Positions 9,121 through 17,972 of a stretch of 50,640 nt of DNA are shown piece by piece. The position numbers and the translations under genes are program-made. The notes under the pieces are model-generated. The model searched no databases. It was not told the DNA's origin and saw nothing but the letters and a program-made list of their open reading frames with translations. The stretch comes from Puia sp. (GTDB lineage Bacteria; Bacteroidota; Bacteroidia; Chitinophagales; Chitinophagaceae): NCBI GenBank assembly GCA_035308805.1, contig DATGFZ010000537.1, positions 1 through 50,640 of the forward strand, read 5' to 3'. Within the stretch, counting starts at the first letter, position 1; every line of letters begins with the position of its first letter.

Positions 9121-10332
9121 ATGAGAACATTTACTCACAACTTCACTTGTCTTATTATTTTTTCTCTGATACTTTACAGTTGTTCAAAAACGAATATGAG
9201 CAACCCCTCTGCAGCACCCGGAACAACCTCCATTACCCCGCATCACTATGGTTTGTTACCTGTGTCGGATGAAGAACTACAGAACGTACCGCTCTTTACT
9301 CCCGATATTTTCAACGGAGAAAGAACGACGCTTGGTCTGTCTTTTTCAGGAACGCTCCCATCCAGCTATTTACTGACAACACCCGCGATAAGAGATCAGG
9401 GACAGGTTGGATCCTGCACTGGCTTTTGCGGTACTGAGACCAATGAGATACTGAAATATTATAGCGGCGGCGGTTCAGTACCTGGGCAGACCGGGCTTAC
9501 CGTAGCTTCCGGCATATCCGCTGTTACCAGCAACAAGTTTTCCAGTCCCACCAGCTTTTTTGGTACCGACGGAGCCCTTGCCCCGCTTTTTCTGTATTAT
9601 GTGGAAAGAGTCTTGATCGAAAAATATTCTATTACCTCCGACCCCGGAGCCAATATGGTCAATATCGGTGAAGCCCTGCAGGGTCTAACGAACAATTCTG
9701 GTTCCGGAACAACCCTGGCTGACAAAGGAGAATGTACGGAAGATCTGTATCCTTATCCTTCTCAGATCAACTCACAAGGATATAATATTGCCGGTCCTTC
9801 TTCTGCACAATACAAGACAGCTCCAAATTCGGCAGCAATAGCCAATGCCGCAAATTTCATTATCGCCAAACAGGGTGGATCAACTTCAAGCTCAGGTTCT
9901 ACTACTGAGGGGTATTACTTGATCAGCAGTACAGGGGATACGAATGAAGTAAAAAATGTCAAATACGCTATATTGAACAACAAGCCAGTCATGATGGGCT
10001 TTAATGTTTACGATAACTCATCTTATACCATATTTGAAGGACTCAATACTTCCAGCTATATCTACAATCCGCTCATAGCGCAAACAAGCCGCGGAACAAC
10101 CAGCTATGTACTGAACAGAAGGCTGAGCTTGCTTGGCGGCCACGCTGTTCCGCTGGTAGGTTATGTGGATGACGGGACTCCGTCAACGAGTGCCACGGGA
10201 GGTGGATATTTCATCGTGCAGAACTCATGGGGCACACCTTGGGGATATCACGGGCATTTTTATCTGCCTTACTCCGTACTGAGGAACTCTTCGGTGGTGA
10301 GCAATGGCAGCCTTTATGTTATGGTGAATTAA
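9121..10332 (+). CDS. C1 (papain-family) cysteine peptidase, predicted lipoprotein
   Basis: Lipobox ILYSC after ATG 9121. IRDQGQVGSCTGF (Gln/Cys), GGHAVPLVGY (His), QNSWGTPWGYHGHFY (Asn). Confidence 0.9.
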   Translation: MRTFTHNFTCLIIFSLILYSCSKTNMSNPSAAPGTTSITPHHYGLLPVSDEELQNVPLFTPDIFNGERTTLGLSFSGTLPSSYLLTTPAIRDQGQVGSCTGFCGTETNEILKYYSGGGSVPGQTGLTVASGISAVTSNKFSSPTSFFGTDGALAPLFLYYVERVLIEKYSITSDPGANMVNIGEALQGLTNNSGSGTTLADKGECTEDLYPYPSQINSQGYNIAGPSSAQYKTAPNSAAIANAANFIIAKQGGSTSSSGSTTEGYYLISSTGDTNEVKNVKYAILNNKPVMMGFNVYDNSSYTIFEGLNTSSYIYNPLIAQTSRGTTSYVLNRRLSLLGGHAVPLVGYVDDGTPSTSATGGGYFIVQNSWGTPWGYHGHFYLPYSVLRNSSVVSNGSLYVMVN

Positions 10333-10700
10333 CCGGACAATCATAATATGTAAGCGCATCGGACTAAGGAGCGTACAGGGTTACATTAGACCCGGAACTT
10401 CTTTACCGATGCTTTTCTTTATGTGGGAATACCGGCTGCACCATGATTTGCCTGGAATAAGACAAAAACCATCAAAATAAAATTCATGATTTAAACTTAT
10501 AAAATGCAAGCGAACTTTTATTCGGATGATAGGAGTATTGTTCTTAGACAAAAACTTTGGGAATCGATTGATCAAACTGTATACCCTCGAATGGTTTGAA
10601 GAAAAAGAGACTGGCTTTTTTCGAACATTTATTACCGCTAACCTACCGATTCATTTTTGCCATGTCACTGCCTGATTAGAATCTGATTGATCCAAAAAAT

Positions 10701-10722
10701 AAAACCCGCCTTAAGCGGGTTT
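10701..10722 (-). terminator. Intrinsic terminator of the DUF4242 gene
   Basis: AAAACCCGC-CTTAA-GCGGGTTT hairpin with a preceding A-run (U-tract on the minus strand). Confidence 0.75.
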
Positions 10723-10747
10723 GTGAAAAGAATTGCTTTGGCTACAA

Positions 10748-11140
10748 TTAATCTTTTGCTGTTGCCGGACTGATGACCGTAGATATTTCAGTGATTACAT
10801 TTGCCGGGAATCCCCCTTTTTTAGCATGTTCACGGATCAGCTCTTCATTCTCTGCTTTGTAAACACAATAGATCTTGTCCCCCGTCACATAGCTTTGTAT
10901 CCATTGTATCTGGGGCCCCATTTCTTTGAGGACACTGCAGGATTTTTGCGAAATCGATTTTAATTGTTCTGGAGTTAGTTTACCAGCGTCTGGGATGTCT
11001 CTTTCGATGAGATAAGTTTTCATTGTTGTTGATTTGTTTATTGAATTATTGGATGTTGTTGTCTGTGCCTTGGAAGCGTAACTGCCAAAAAGCACTAAAG
11101 TAACCATGATCAGGCGGTTGATAATTGTTTTCATAAACAT
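10748..11140 (-). CDS. DUF4242 (SCO4226-like) protein with N-terminal signal peptide
   Basis: YLIERDIPDAGKL...IQWIQSYVTGDKIYCVYKAENEELIREHAKKGGFPAN is a DUF4242 pattern. Signal peptide ends ...SYASKA/Q. Confidence 0.85.
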   Translation of the reverse strand: MFMKTIINRLIMVTLVLFGSYASKAQTTTSNNSINKSTTMKTYLIERDIPDAGKLTPEQLKSISQKSCSVLKEMGPQIQWIQSYVTGDKIYCVYKAENEELIREHAKKGGFPANVITEISTVISPATAKD

Positions 11141-11166
11141 GTGTTTTTGTTATGGTGATGAATCAT

Positions 11167-11253
11167 CAAATATACCTTCAACAATTACCGGGAGGCTATA
11201 ACAATTGATTCAAAAAATGGTACATGGCATGAAACAAATCGTTCAAAAAATGG
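11167..11253 (-). promoter_or_regulatory. Promoter (-7 TATATTTG) with two 20-bp direct repeats, candidate AraC-family sites
   Basis: Plus-strand ACAATTGATTCAAAAAATGG (11201-11220) and ACAAATCGTTCAAAAAATGG (11234-11253) are 17/20 identical with a 33-bp period. The -7 element is at 11174-11167. Confidence 0.65.
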
Positions 11254-11282
11254 AAAAAATCGGTCATTCGTTTAGAAGATGA

Positions 11283-12383
11283 TCAATGCAAGAGCTCAAG
11301 ATACTCCATCGGAAGCAGGCCATATTTCTTTTTAAAACATTTGGTGAAATAGGAAGCACTGGTAAACCCCGAATCAAAAGTGATCTGGGCAATATTATAA
11401 TGCATTTTTTTCATGAGCTCTTTGGCATTTTCGAGCCTGTATTCTTTCAAGAGCAAATTGGGAGATAATCCGGTTAGGGATATTGTTTTTCTGTATAACT
11501 GGGACCTGCTCATTGTCATGGTATGGGCGTAATCAGTGATATCAAATTCCGGATCCTGCCAGTTTTCCTCCAACTTGCTGAATAATGCCTCCAGCAGGTT
11601 TTCGTCCATCGGCGACAGCGTGAAAAGATCTTTTCTGCGCTTGTGAAAAAAATCCTCTGATACCAGTTCCTTTACCGAGGTCGTGATCCCAATTTGGAAA
11701 TCCTTTTCAATCATGCAAAGGTTTGCTGCAAATTGTATCGTATCACCAAATAAGTTGTTGCTTTTTTCAACAGGCTCACCTGCATTGATGGCTATCCTGA
11801 AACCGAATGCGTCATCGTGCCTCTTTTGAATATCCTGGCGAATGTCGAGCGCGCAGGCAACCGCTTTGGTCGCAGAAGAGAATGAAATAATAAATCCTCC
11901 ACTCTGATGTTCCGCTTCTCTGCCCGCATGATGAATAATGTTTTTCCTGATGATCTGATGATGACTGCTCAGCAACTCATTGACTTTTTCTGGGCCCAGT
12001 TTATAAGTAAGTATGAGGGGGTCGGACATCCGGGTAATTAATAAAATTCGAAAAGACGGGTCTGCAAACACTTTCAACCGATCTTCGGATATCTCTGCAT
12101 TTTCCGGATCATATATCCTTCCCAAAAATGATTCTACCAGCGTGTCCTTTACTTCAATTATTTTATTGGGGATCAGACCGTGGGCTTTGCTGTGCATTTC
12201 TTCGACAGCTTTCTTGTTGGGCGCATCTATGAGGCAAAAAATTGTTTCCCTCAATTCATCGATCCAGTAGGTCATTAATTTACATCCATATTCTTCCTGT
12301 AGGGCCAGATCCTTCTGATGTGCCTCGGCAACATTCCGCGCTTTAACGCCTGGCACAATGTGTACGTCCATGTAAATGGGCAT
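11283..12383 (-). CDS. DUF4242 + degenerate class III cyclase-like + AraC HTH transcriptional regulator
   Basis: Start ATG 12383 (MPIYMDVH...AEAHQKDL...FCLIDAP...MHSKAHG). Central FRIAINAGEPV...LFGDTIQFA is cyclase-like; C-terminal MSRSQLYRK...IAQITFDSGFTSASYFTKCFKKKYG is AraC. Confidence 0.88.
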   Translation of the reverse strand: MPIYMDVHIVPGVKARNVAEAHQKDLALQEEYGCKLMTYWIDELRETIFCLIDAPNKKAVEEMHSKAHGLIPNKIIEVKDTLVESFLGRIYDPENAEISEDRLKVFADPSFRILLITRMSDPLILTYKLGPEKVNELLSSHHQIIRKNIIHHAGREAEHQSGGFIISFSSATKAVACALDIRQDIQKRHDDAFGFRIAINAGEPVEKSNNLFGDTIQFAANLCMIEKDFQIGITTSVKELVSEDFFHKRRKDLFTLSPMDENLLEALFSKLEENWQDPEFDITDYAHTMTMSRSQLYRKTISLTGLSPNLLLKEYRLENAKELMKKMHYNIAQITFDSGFTSASYFTKCFKKKYGLLPMEYLELLH

Positions 12384-12606
12384 TGCTGTGATTTTTGAAT
12401 CTTGATCAAGATAACACTTTTTCCCTTTTCTCCGGCTGCTCAACTACTGATAATGGAATCAGTTGAAACTGGATGCGGACGTCAGCAGTATTGTGGGACG
12501 ACATAATCTGTCTTGCTAGGGGAATCGAAATGGTTTATTCAATCGGGATGCAGGTAAAATAAAAAGCCTCTCAAATCGTCCGATTTCAGCATTTAAAAAC
12601 GTTGAC

Positions 12607-13827
12607 TCAACCCGCAACAGGGACGGGCAGTGATTTTTTTCTAAACAAACGGACGATTACGGGCTGGTAGACTGACTCCAGCAAATAACTGGCAATCGCC
12701 ACGACGATTATCCCTGCAACTATGTAGAGTATTTTATTTTGGATAACAGAACCGAGAAAATAGAGAATTGGATAGTGGATGATATATAATGAATAGGAAT
12801 ATTTCCCAGTGATCGCGCCGGAGCGCTGAACAAAGTCGAGGAATTTCTCTTTCAGATTCAATCGACCTATAATGTAATATCCAAATACCAGGGCAGTAGG
12901 CAAAATCGTATAAGCAATTTTACTGGAGAATTTGCTGGCATCGTGCTTCAAAAAAAGCAGAATTCCAAAAAAGACATAGGCCGCAAGGATATACCCTATT
13001 CCTATTTTAAAGCCTTGAGGTTTTTCCTGCAGGCAAAGTCTAAAAAAAGGCGCAGCCATTAAGGCGAATAGTAAATAATTCAAAGGGTCATAAGGCAAAT
13101 TAAAAAGATGGAGCCTGGAAATAATCGGCAGCATTCCAAAACTCAGAATTGATGCGTAAGTACTTGCATAAAAATATCTCCTGTATGCGTATATGAAATA
13201 TCCCACTATCCAAATGGTTGAAAATGACAGAATAAAAACAAAATGTCTTTCGAAATCAGTGATGATGTCTGAATAATATAAAGGAATAGTTACCATGGCT
13301 ATTAAGAACCATAACCATACTTTCTTGCTAGTCCCTTTACCAATGCAAAGCAGGAAGATGAGATAGAACGTCATTTCAAAAGTCAGGGTCCACAAAGGCA
13401 GGTTTGTTCTGAAACTCGTCACGATATATCCCTGTATGGTACTGATCATGAAAAAATTTCCAATAATTCTTCCTGGAGATGGTGTAGGCATTTTAAGGAT
13501 CAGGATGACGATCAATGCGGTCAGCACACCAACTATAAATTGAGGAAAAAGACGCAAGGCCCTGTTGACGAAAAACTGCTGCTGCGTCTTTGGTTTTCGC
13601 GTTTGCGAGATGTTGATAACGCAACCCGACAATAAGAAAAATATCATTACAGAATCGGTGCCCACATATTCGATCATGAAATGTGTCGGATTATCTGTTA
13701 TTGGTGGAAGCAGTTCAATGGTGTGAGCCAGGAATACAAGTATTGCCACCGTTCCCCTAATAAATTCAAGGTATAGTTGTTTTGGTTGTTGCAACCTGAG
13801 TTTGATGGGGGGACCAGGGTTAAACAT
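12607..13827 (-). CDS. Membrane O-acyltransferase (acyltransferase-3/OafA family)
   Basis: LEFIRGTVAILVFLAH, VMIFFLLSG, RALRLFP, LWTLTFEMTFY, GKYSYSLYIIHYP. Confidence 0.88.
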   Translation of the reverse strand: MFNPGPPIKLRLQQPKQLYLEFIRGTVAILVFLAHTIELLPPITDNPTHFMIEYVGTDSVMIFFLLSGCVINISQTRKPKTQQQFFVNRALRLFPQFIVGVLTALIVILILKMPTPSPGRIIGNFFMISTIQGYIVTSFRTNLPLWTLTFEMTFYLIFLLCIGKGTSKKVWLWFLIAMVTIPLYYSDIITDFERHFVFILSFSTIWIVGYFIYAYRRYFYASTYASILSFGMLPIISRLHLFNLPYDPLNYLLFALMAAPFFRLCLQEKPQGFKIGIGYILAAYVFFGILLFLKHDASKFSSKIAYTILPTALVFGYYIIGRLNLKEKFLDFVQRSGAITGKYSYSLYIIHYPILYFLGSVIQNKILYIVAGIIVVAIASYLLESVYQPVIVRLFRKKSLPVPVAG

Positions 13828-14064
13828 ATATTTTGCTGAAATGACAAGTTACTTAACGTACAGCGCGCATTAATATTTTGAGATCAAGCATCGGTGACAC
13901 AATTTTGGGAAAACGATTGAGACAGCAAATGCCACATATCTATCAAAGGCTCAGTAATGAGTTTGGTCACAATTCGGTGATTGAAGATCTTATTTTGGAT
14001 GAGTACCGGAATAAATGCCGGGGAATACATGTTTTATTAGCATTTTTTGTGGCGGGCTAAAATG

Positions 14065-14099
14065 AAAAAGCCCGTAAACACTTCATTTTACGGGCTCTT
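14065..14099 (-). terminator. Hairpin/terminator downstream of tRNA-Ser
   Basis: AAAAAGCCCGTAAA...TTTACGGGCT inverted repeat. Confidence 0.65.
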
Positions 14100-14122
14100 A
14101 ATGAATTTGATAGCCGTTCCAG

Positions 14123-14213
14123 CGGAGAGGGAGGGATTCGAACCCTCGGTACAAGTTTAAGCTCGTACAGCGGTTTAGCAAACCGGCCCTTTCGGCCACT
14201 CAGGCACCTCTCC
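14123..14213 (-). tRNA. tRNA-Ser (GCT)
   Basis: Minus strand GGAGAGGTGCCTGAGTGGCCGAAAGGG-CCGGT-TTGCTAA-ACCG...long variable arm...GAGGGTTCGAATCCCTC-CCTCTCCG. CCA is not encoded. TATTTTTG -7 element at 14236-14229. Confidence 0.97.
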
Positions 14214-14352
14214 CTATTTTAAAGGAAGCAAAAATAAAATTAATAATTGATAAATAACAATTGAAAAGGTTTTTTCGAATGAATTGTGAACAGGGAATCC
14301 CCTTTTTATCGGAAATGTTGCTTAATGGAATTCTCACCGCTGCATTCAAAAT

Positions 14353-14381
14353 AAAAAAACTCATTCGTGAATGAATGAGTT
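14353..14381 (-). terminator. dnaA terminator
   Basis: AACTCATTC-GTGAAT-GAATGAGTT hairpin with an adjacent A7 run. Confidence 0.7.
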
Positions 14382-14406
14382 CCTGTATCGATGGTATCGA
14401 AAAATT

Positions 14407-15840
14407 TTACATTGCTTCCAACTGCACTTTTTGTTGCAGCTCAGTTACATTTTCGCGGAACAAACTATCCGTGTCCATCAAATCTTTTACAGTTTGGCAG
14501 GAGTGAATCACCGTAGTGTGATCCCTTCCGCCAAAATGTTCACCGATGGTTTTTAAAGAATTTTTTGTAAATGCTTTTGCGAGAAACATGGTTATTTGCC
14601 TTGCCTGTACGATTTCGCGTTTGCGGGTTTTTTGTAATAGTTTGTCGTAAGGCACATCGAAAAACTCACACACCATTTTCTGTATGGTTTCGATGGTAAT
14701 TTCTTTACTGTTTGTTTTTACAAAATTGCGTAACACTTTCTTTGCCAATTCAAGATCTATTTCTCTTTTATTGAGCGAAGATTGTGCCAAAAGGGATATT
14801 AATGCCCCTTCTAACTCTCTCACATTACTGCTTATATTGTACGCTAAATATTTAACAACTTCTTTAGGCATATCCAATCCGTCATTCTTCATTTTTCTTT
14901 CTAAGATCTCTATGCGCGTTTCATAGTCTGGTACCTGCAGATCCGCGCTCAATCCCCAGCGGAAGCGGCTCAATAATCTTTCCTGGAGGCCTTCCAGATC
15001 TTTTGGTGATTTGTCCGAAGTTAATATCAATTGTTTCCCCGACTGGTGCAAATGATTAAATATGGCGAAGAATGCATCCTGGGATTTTTCAGCACGATTG
15101 AAAAATTGTACGTCATCAAGAATCAATACGTCTACCAGCTGGTAGAAATGTATGAAATCATTGATCGCATTATTTCTGCTATGATCGATAAATTGATTAA
15201 TAAATTTCTCAGAACTTACATACAAAACAACTTTGTTGTGGTGGGTGCGTTTAACTTCATTCCCTATTGCCTGAGCGAGATGTGTTTTGCCAAGTCCGAC
15301 TCCGGCATAAATCACCAATGGATTAAAAGAATTGCCACCGGGTTTTTCAGCCACTGTTTTTCCTGCCCGCCGCGCTACACGGTTGCAATCGCCTTCAATA
15401 AAAGAATCGAATGTATACACCGGATTCAACTGTGCATCTATATGCATCTTTTTCAATCCGGGAATTACAAATGGATTTTTAACGGGATTGTTAATAATGA
15501 GCGGAAAATCCATTTCATTGTTTACAAAAGTTTTGTAACCCTGACCAGGAACATCCATAGTTAATGGTTTGTTTTGATTATTTCCACTATCAACCATAAT
15601 ACGATATTCCAATCGCGCATCTTTTCCTAAAAGCCTGCGTAATGTTTTTGCCAATAACGAAACATAATGCTCTTCGAGATATTCGTAAAAGAATTGACTG
15701 GGAACCTGGATAACTAAAATATTATTTTTTAATTCGACAGGTCTGATTGGTTCAAACCAGGTTTGATAATGCTGCCATTCTACAATGTCTTTGATTATTT
15801 CAAGGCAATTATTCCAGACTTTTTCAAACGTTTTTGCCAT
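14407..15840 (-). CDS. dnaA: Chromosomal replication initiator DnaA
   Basis: YTFDSFIEG, FNPLVIYAGVGLGKTHL (Walker A), LILDDVQF, RLLSRFRWGL, IGEHFGGRDHTTVIHS. Confidence 0.99.
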   Translation of the reverse strand: MAKTFEKVWNNCLEIIKDIVEWQHYQTWFEPIRPVELKNNILVIQVPSQFFYEYLEEHYVSLLAKTLRRLLGKDARLEYRIMVDSGNNQNKPLTMDVPGQGYKTFVNNEMDFPLIINNPVKNPFVIPGLKKMHIDAQLNPVYTFDSFIEGDCNRVARRAGKTVAEKPGGNSFNPLVIYAGVGLGKTHLAQAIGNEVKRTHHNKVVLYVSSEKFINQFIDHSRNNAINDFIHFYQLVDVLILDDVQFFNRAEKSQDAFFAIFNHLHQSGKQLILTSDKSPKDLEGLQERLLSRFRWGLSADLQVPDYETRIEILERKMKNDGLDMPKEVVKYLAYNISSNVRELEGALISLLAQSSLNKREIDLELAKKVLRNFVKTNSKEITIETIQKMVCEFFDVPYDKLLQKTRKREIVQARQITMFLAKAFTKNSLKTIGEHFGGRDHTTVIHSCQTVKDLMDTDSLFRENVTELQQKVQLEAM

Positions 15841-16324
15841 TATTCAATAAGCAGTTTTATAGATCAAATTTTTCAATGATTTTTTTCCAAACATCTTCAA
15901 AGTAAACGTGATTAATTTCATGCAGGGCAACGAATATCAAAATTTTTTATTGAAAAAAAAATTTTTTATTAACTTGTTTTTTTACTTCTTAAAGAAGATT
16001 AGAATAAATAAAATTTCTCCTTAAATTTTTTGATGAATTTTATTATTTATCTTGTTCATCTACCGCACGTAAGATGAAATGAAATAATTCATCAACAAGT
16101 AAAAAAAATTTTCGGGTTTTTTGCCCGAAATTATCTTGGTTTATTTTGGTAAGTGAATTTTGTTTTTAATAAGATAAGAAGGCGGATCTTTGCAGGTAAC
16201 CTTTTAACTAAAATCAATTCAGTTATTCTTTGAAGATACAATAATTTTTTTTGGGATTTAAACTTTTAAAAAGAAATTATTTTATAATTTAATTAGTCCG
16301 TTTTTAGGTTAAATACCTGACACG

Positions 16325-17908
16325 ATGCAAAAAATATTTCAACTAAAAATACTTCCTTCTGAATCAGAAAATGCTTCTGTAATTAAGCAACACGCAGCAA
16401 TTGCATGCGGACATCCGGTATCGGAGATAACCGGATTTATGATCACTAAGCGTTCCATCGACTCCCGCGCAAAACAAATTTGGATCGTATTGACTTTGCA
16501 GCTTTTTATCAATGAACCTTTTGAAGATAGAAAATCAGTAGTTGTTAATTTTCAGGATGTAACTCAAAAAAGAAAAACTGTCATCATAATAGGCGCCGGA
16601 CCGGCAGGATTATTTGCCGCTTTAAAATTGATTGAGCTTGGGATCAAACCAATTATTTTAGAAAGAGGAAAAGATGTTCGTGCCCGGAGAAGAGACCTGG
16701 CTATATTAAATAAGACAGGAATAATTAATGAGGAAAGTAATTATTGCTTTGGTGAGGGAGGGGCCGGAACTTATAGCGATGGGAAACTCTACACGCGCAG
16801 TTCCAAGAGAGGAAATGTCGATCGCATATTAAATTTGTTTGTGCAATTTGGCGCGGAGAAAAATATTTTATCTGATGCACATCCCCATATCGGTACAAAT
16901 AAATTACCGCATATTATTACGGCGATTAGAAAGCAAATTGTGGATTGTGGCGGGATTTTCCTGTTTGAGACGAAAGTTGTTGATTTTGTCATTGGGCATG
17001 ATAAAATTCAGGCGGTGAAAACATCCGGTGGGAATTCGTTTACGGCTGATGCAATCATAGCAGCAACAGGGCATTCGGCAAGAGAAATTTTTAATTTGTT
17101 ACATGAAAAAAAAATATTGATTGAAGCAAAACCTTTTGCCTTGGGCGTTCGCATTGAACATCCTCAAAAATTAATTGACAGCATTCAATATCACAATGCA
17201 GTCCGCAATGAACATTTGCCTCCGGCATCATACAGTTTGGTCGATCAAATAAATAAAAGAGGGGTATTTTCTTTTTGCATGTGCCCGGGTGGCATTATTG
17301 CGCCCGCCTCTACAAAAAACAATGAATTGGTTGTCAATGGATGGTCTCCGTCAAAAAGAAATAATCCGTTTGCCAATTCCGGAATCGTAGTAGGTGTTGA
17401 TGAAAAAGATGCCTTGTGCTATTTTAAAAAGAATAACACAGCGTATCTTAAAGAGAATTCGCTTTTGCTGATGCATTTTCAACATGCAGTAGAACAAAAA
17501 TCTTATGATGCAGGTGGTGGAAAATTTGTTGCCCCTGCCCAACGCATGACTGATTTTGTCAGCAATATTATGTCTTCTTCATTACCTGGCTGTTCTTATT
17601 TGCCGGGGATAAAATCTGCTTCTTTAAGAGAAGTGCTTCCGGATTTTACTTACGAATGTTTACAAAAAGCATTTGTTACGTTTGGAAAAAAGATGAAAGG
17701 CTATTTTACTCATGAGGCAGTTGTAGTCGCCACAGAATCGCGGACCTCTTCGCCTGTTCGTATTCCCAGGGACAATCTTCAACTGTATCATCCGCAAATA
17801 AAAAATTTTTATCCCTGCGGGGAAGGTGCAGGTTACGCAGGTGGCATCATGAGCGCAGCAATGGATGGAGAAAAAGTGGCCGAGCAAATTGCAAGAATAT
17901 TGTGCTAA
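16325..17908 (+). CDS. FAD-dependent oxidoreductase (conserved, uncharacterised family)
   Basis: IIIGAGPAGLFAA, FGEGGAGTYSDGKL, SFCMCPGG, ESRTSSPVRIPR, YPCGEGAGYAGGIMSAAMDG. Confidence 0.9.
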   Translation: MQKIFQLKILPSESENASVIKQHAAIACGHPVSEITGFMITKRSIDSRAKQIWIVLTLQLFINEPFEDRKSVVVNFQDVTQKRKTVIIIGAGPAGLFAALKLIELGIKPIILERGKDVRARRRDLAILNKTGIINEESNYCFGEGGAGTYSDGKLYTRSSKRGNVDRILNLFVQFGAEKNILSDAHPHIGTNKLPHIITAIRKQIVDCGGIFLFETKVVDFVIGHDKIQAVKTSGGNSFTADAIIAATGHSAREIFNLLHEKKILIEAKPFALGVRIEHPQKLIDSIQYHNAVRNEHLPPASYSLVDQINKRGVFSFCMCPGGIIAPASTKNNELVVNGWSPSKRNNPFANSGIVVGVDEKDALCYFKKNNTAYLKENSLLLMHFQHAVEQKSYDAGGGKFVAPAQRMTDFVSNIMSSSLPGCSYLPGIKSASLREVLPDFTYECLQKAFVTFGKKMKGYFTHEAVVVATESRTSSPVRIPRDNLQLYHPQIKNFYPCGEGAGYAGGIMSAAMDGEKVAEQIARILC

Positions 17909-17972
17909 TGAAATATTTCCTGCAAAAATGTTTAATGGAAAATTTATCCCCCCGATACCTAGCAGACGCTTT

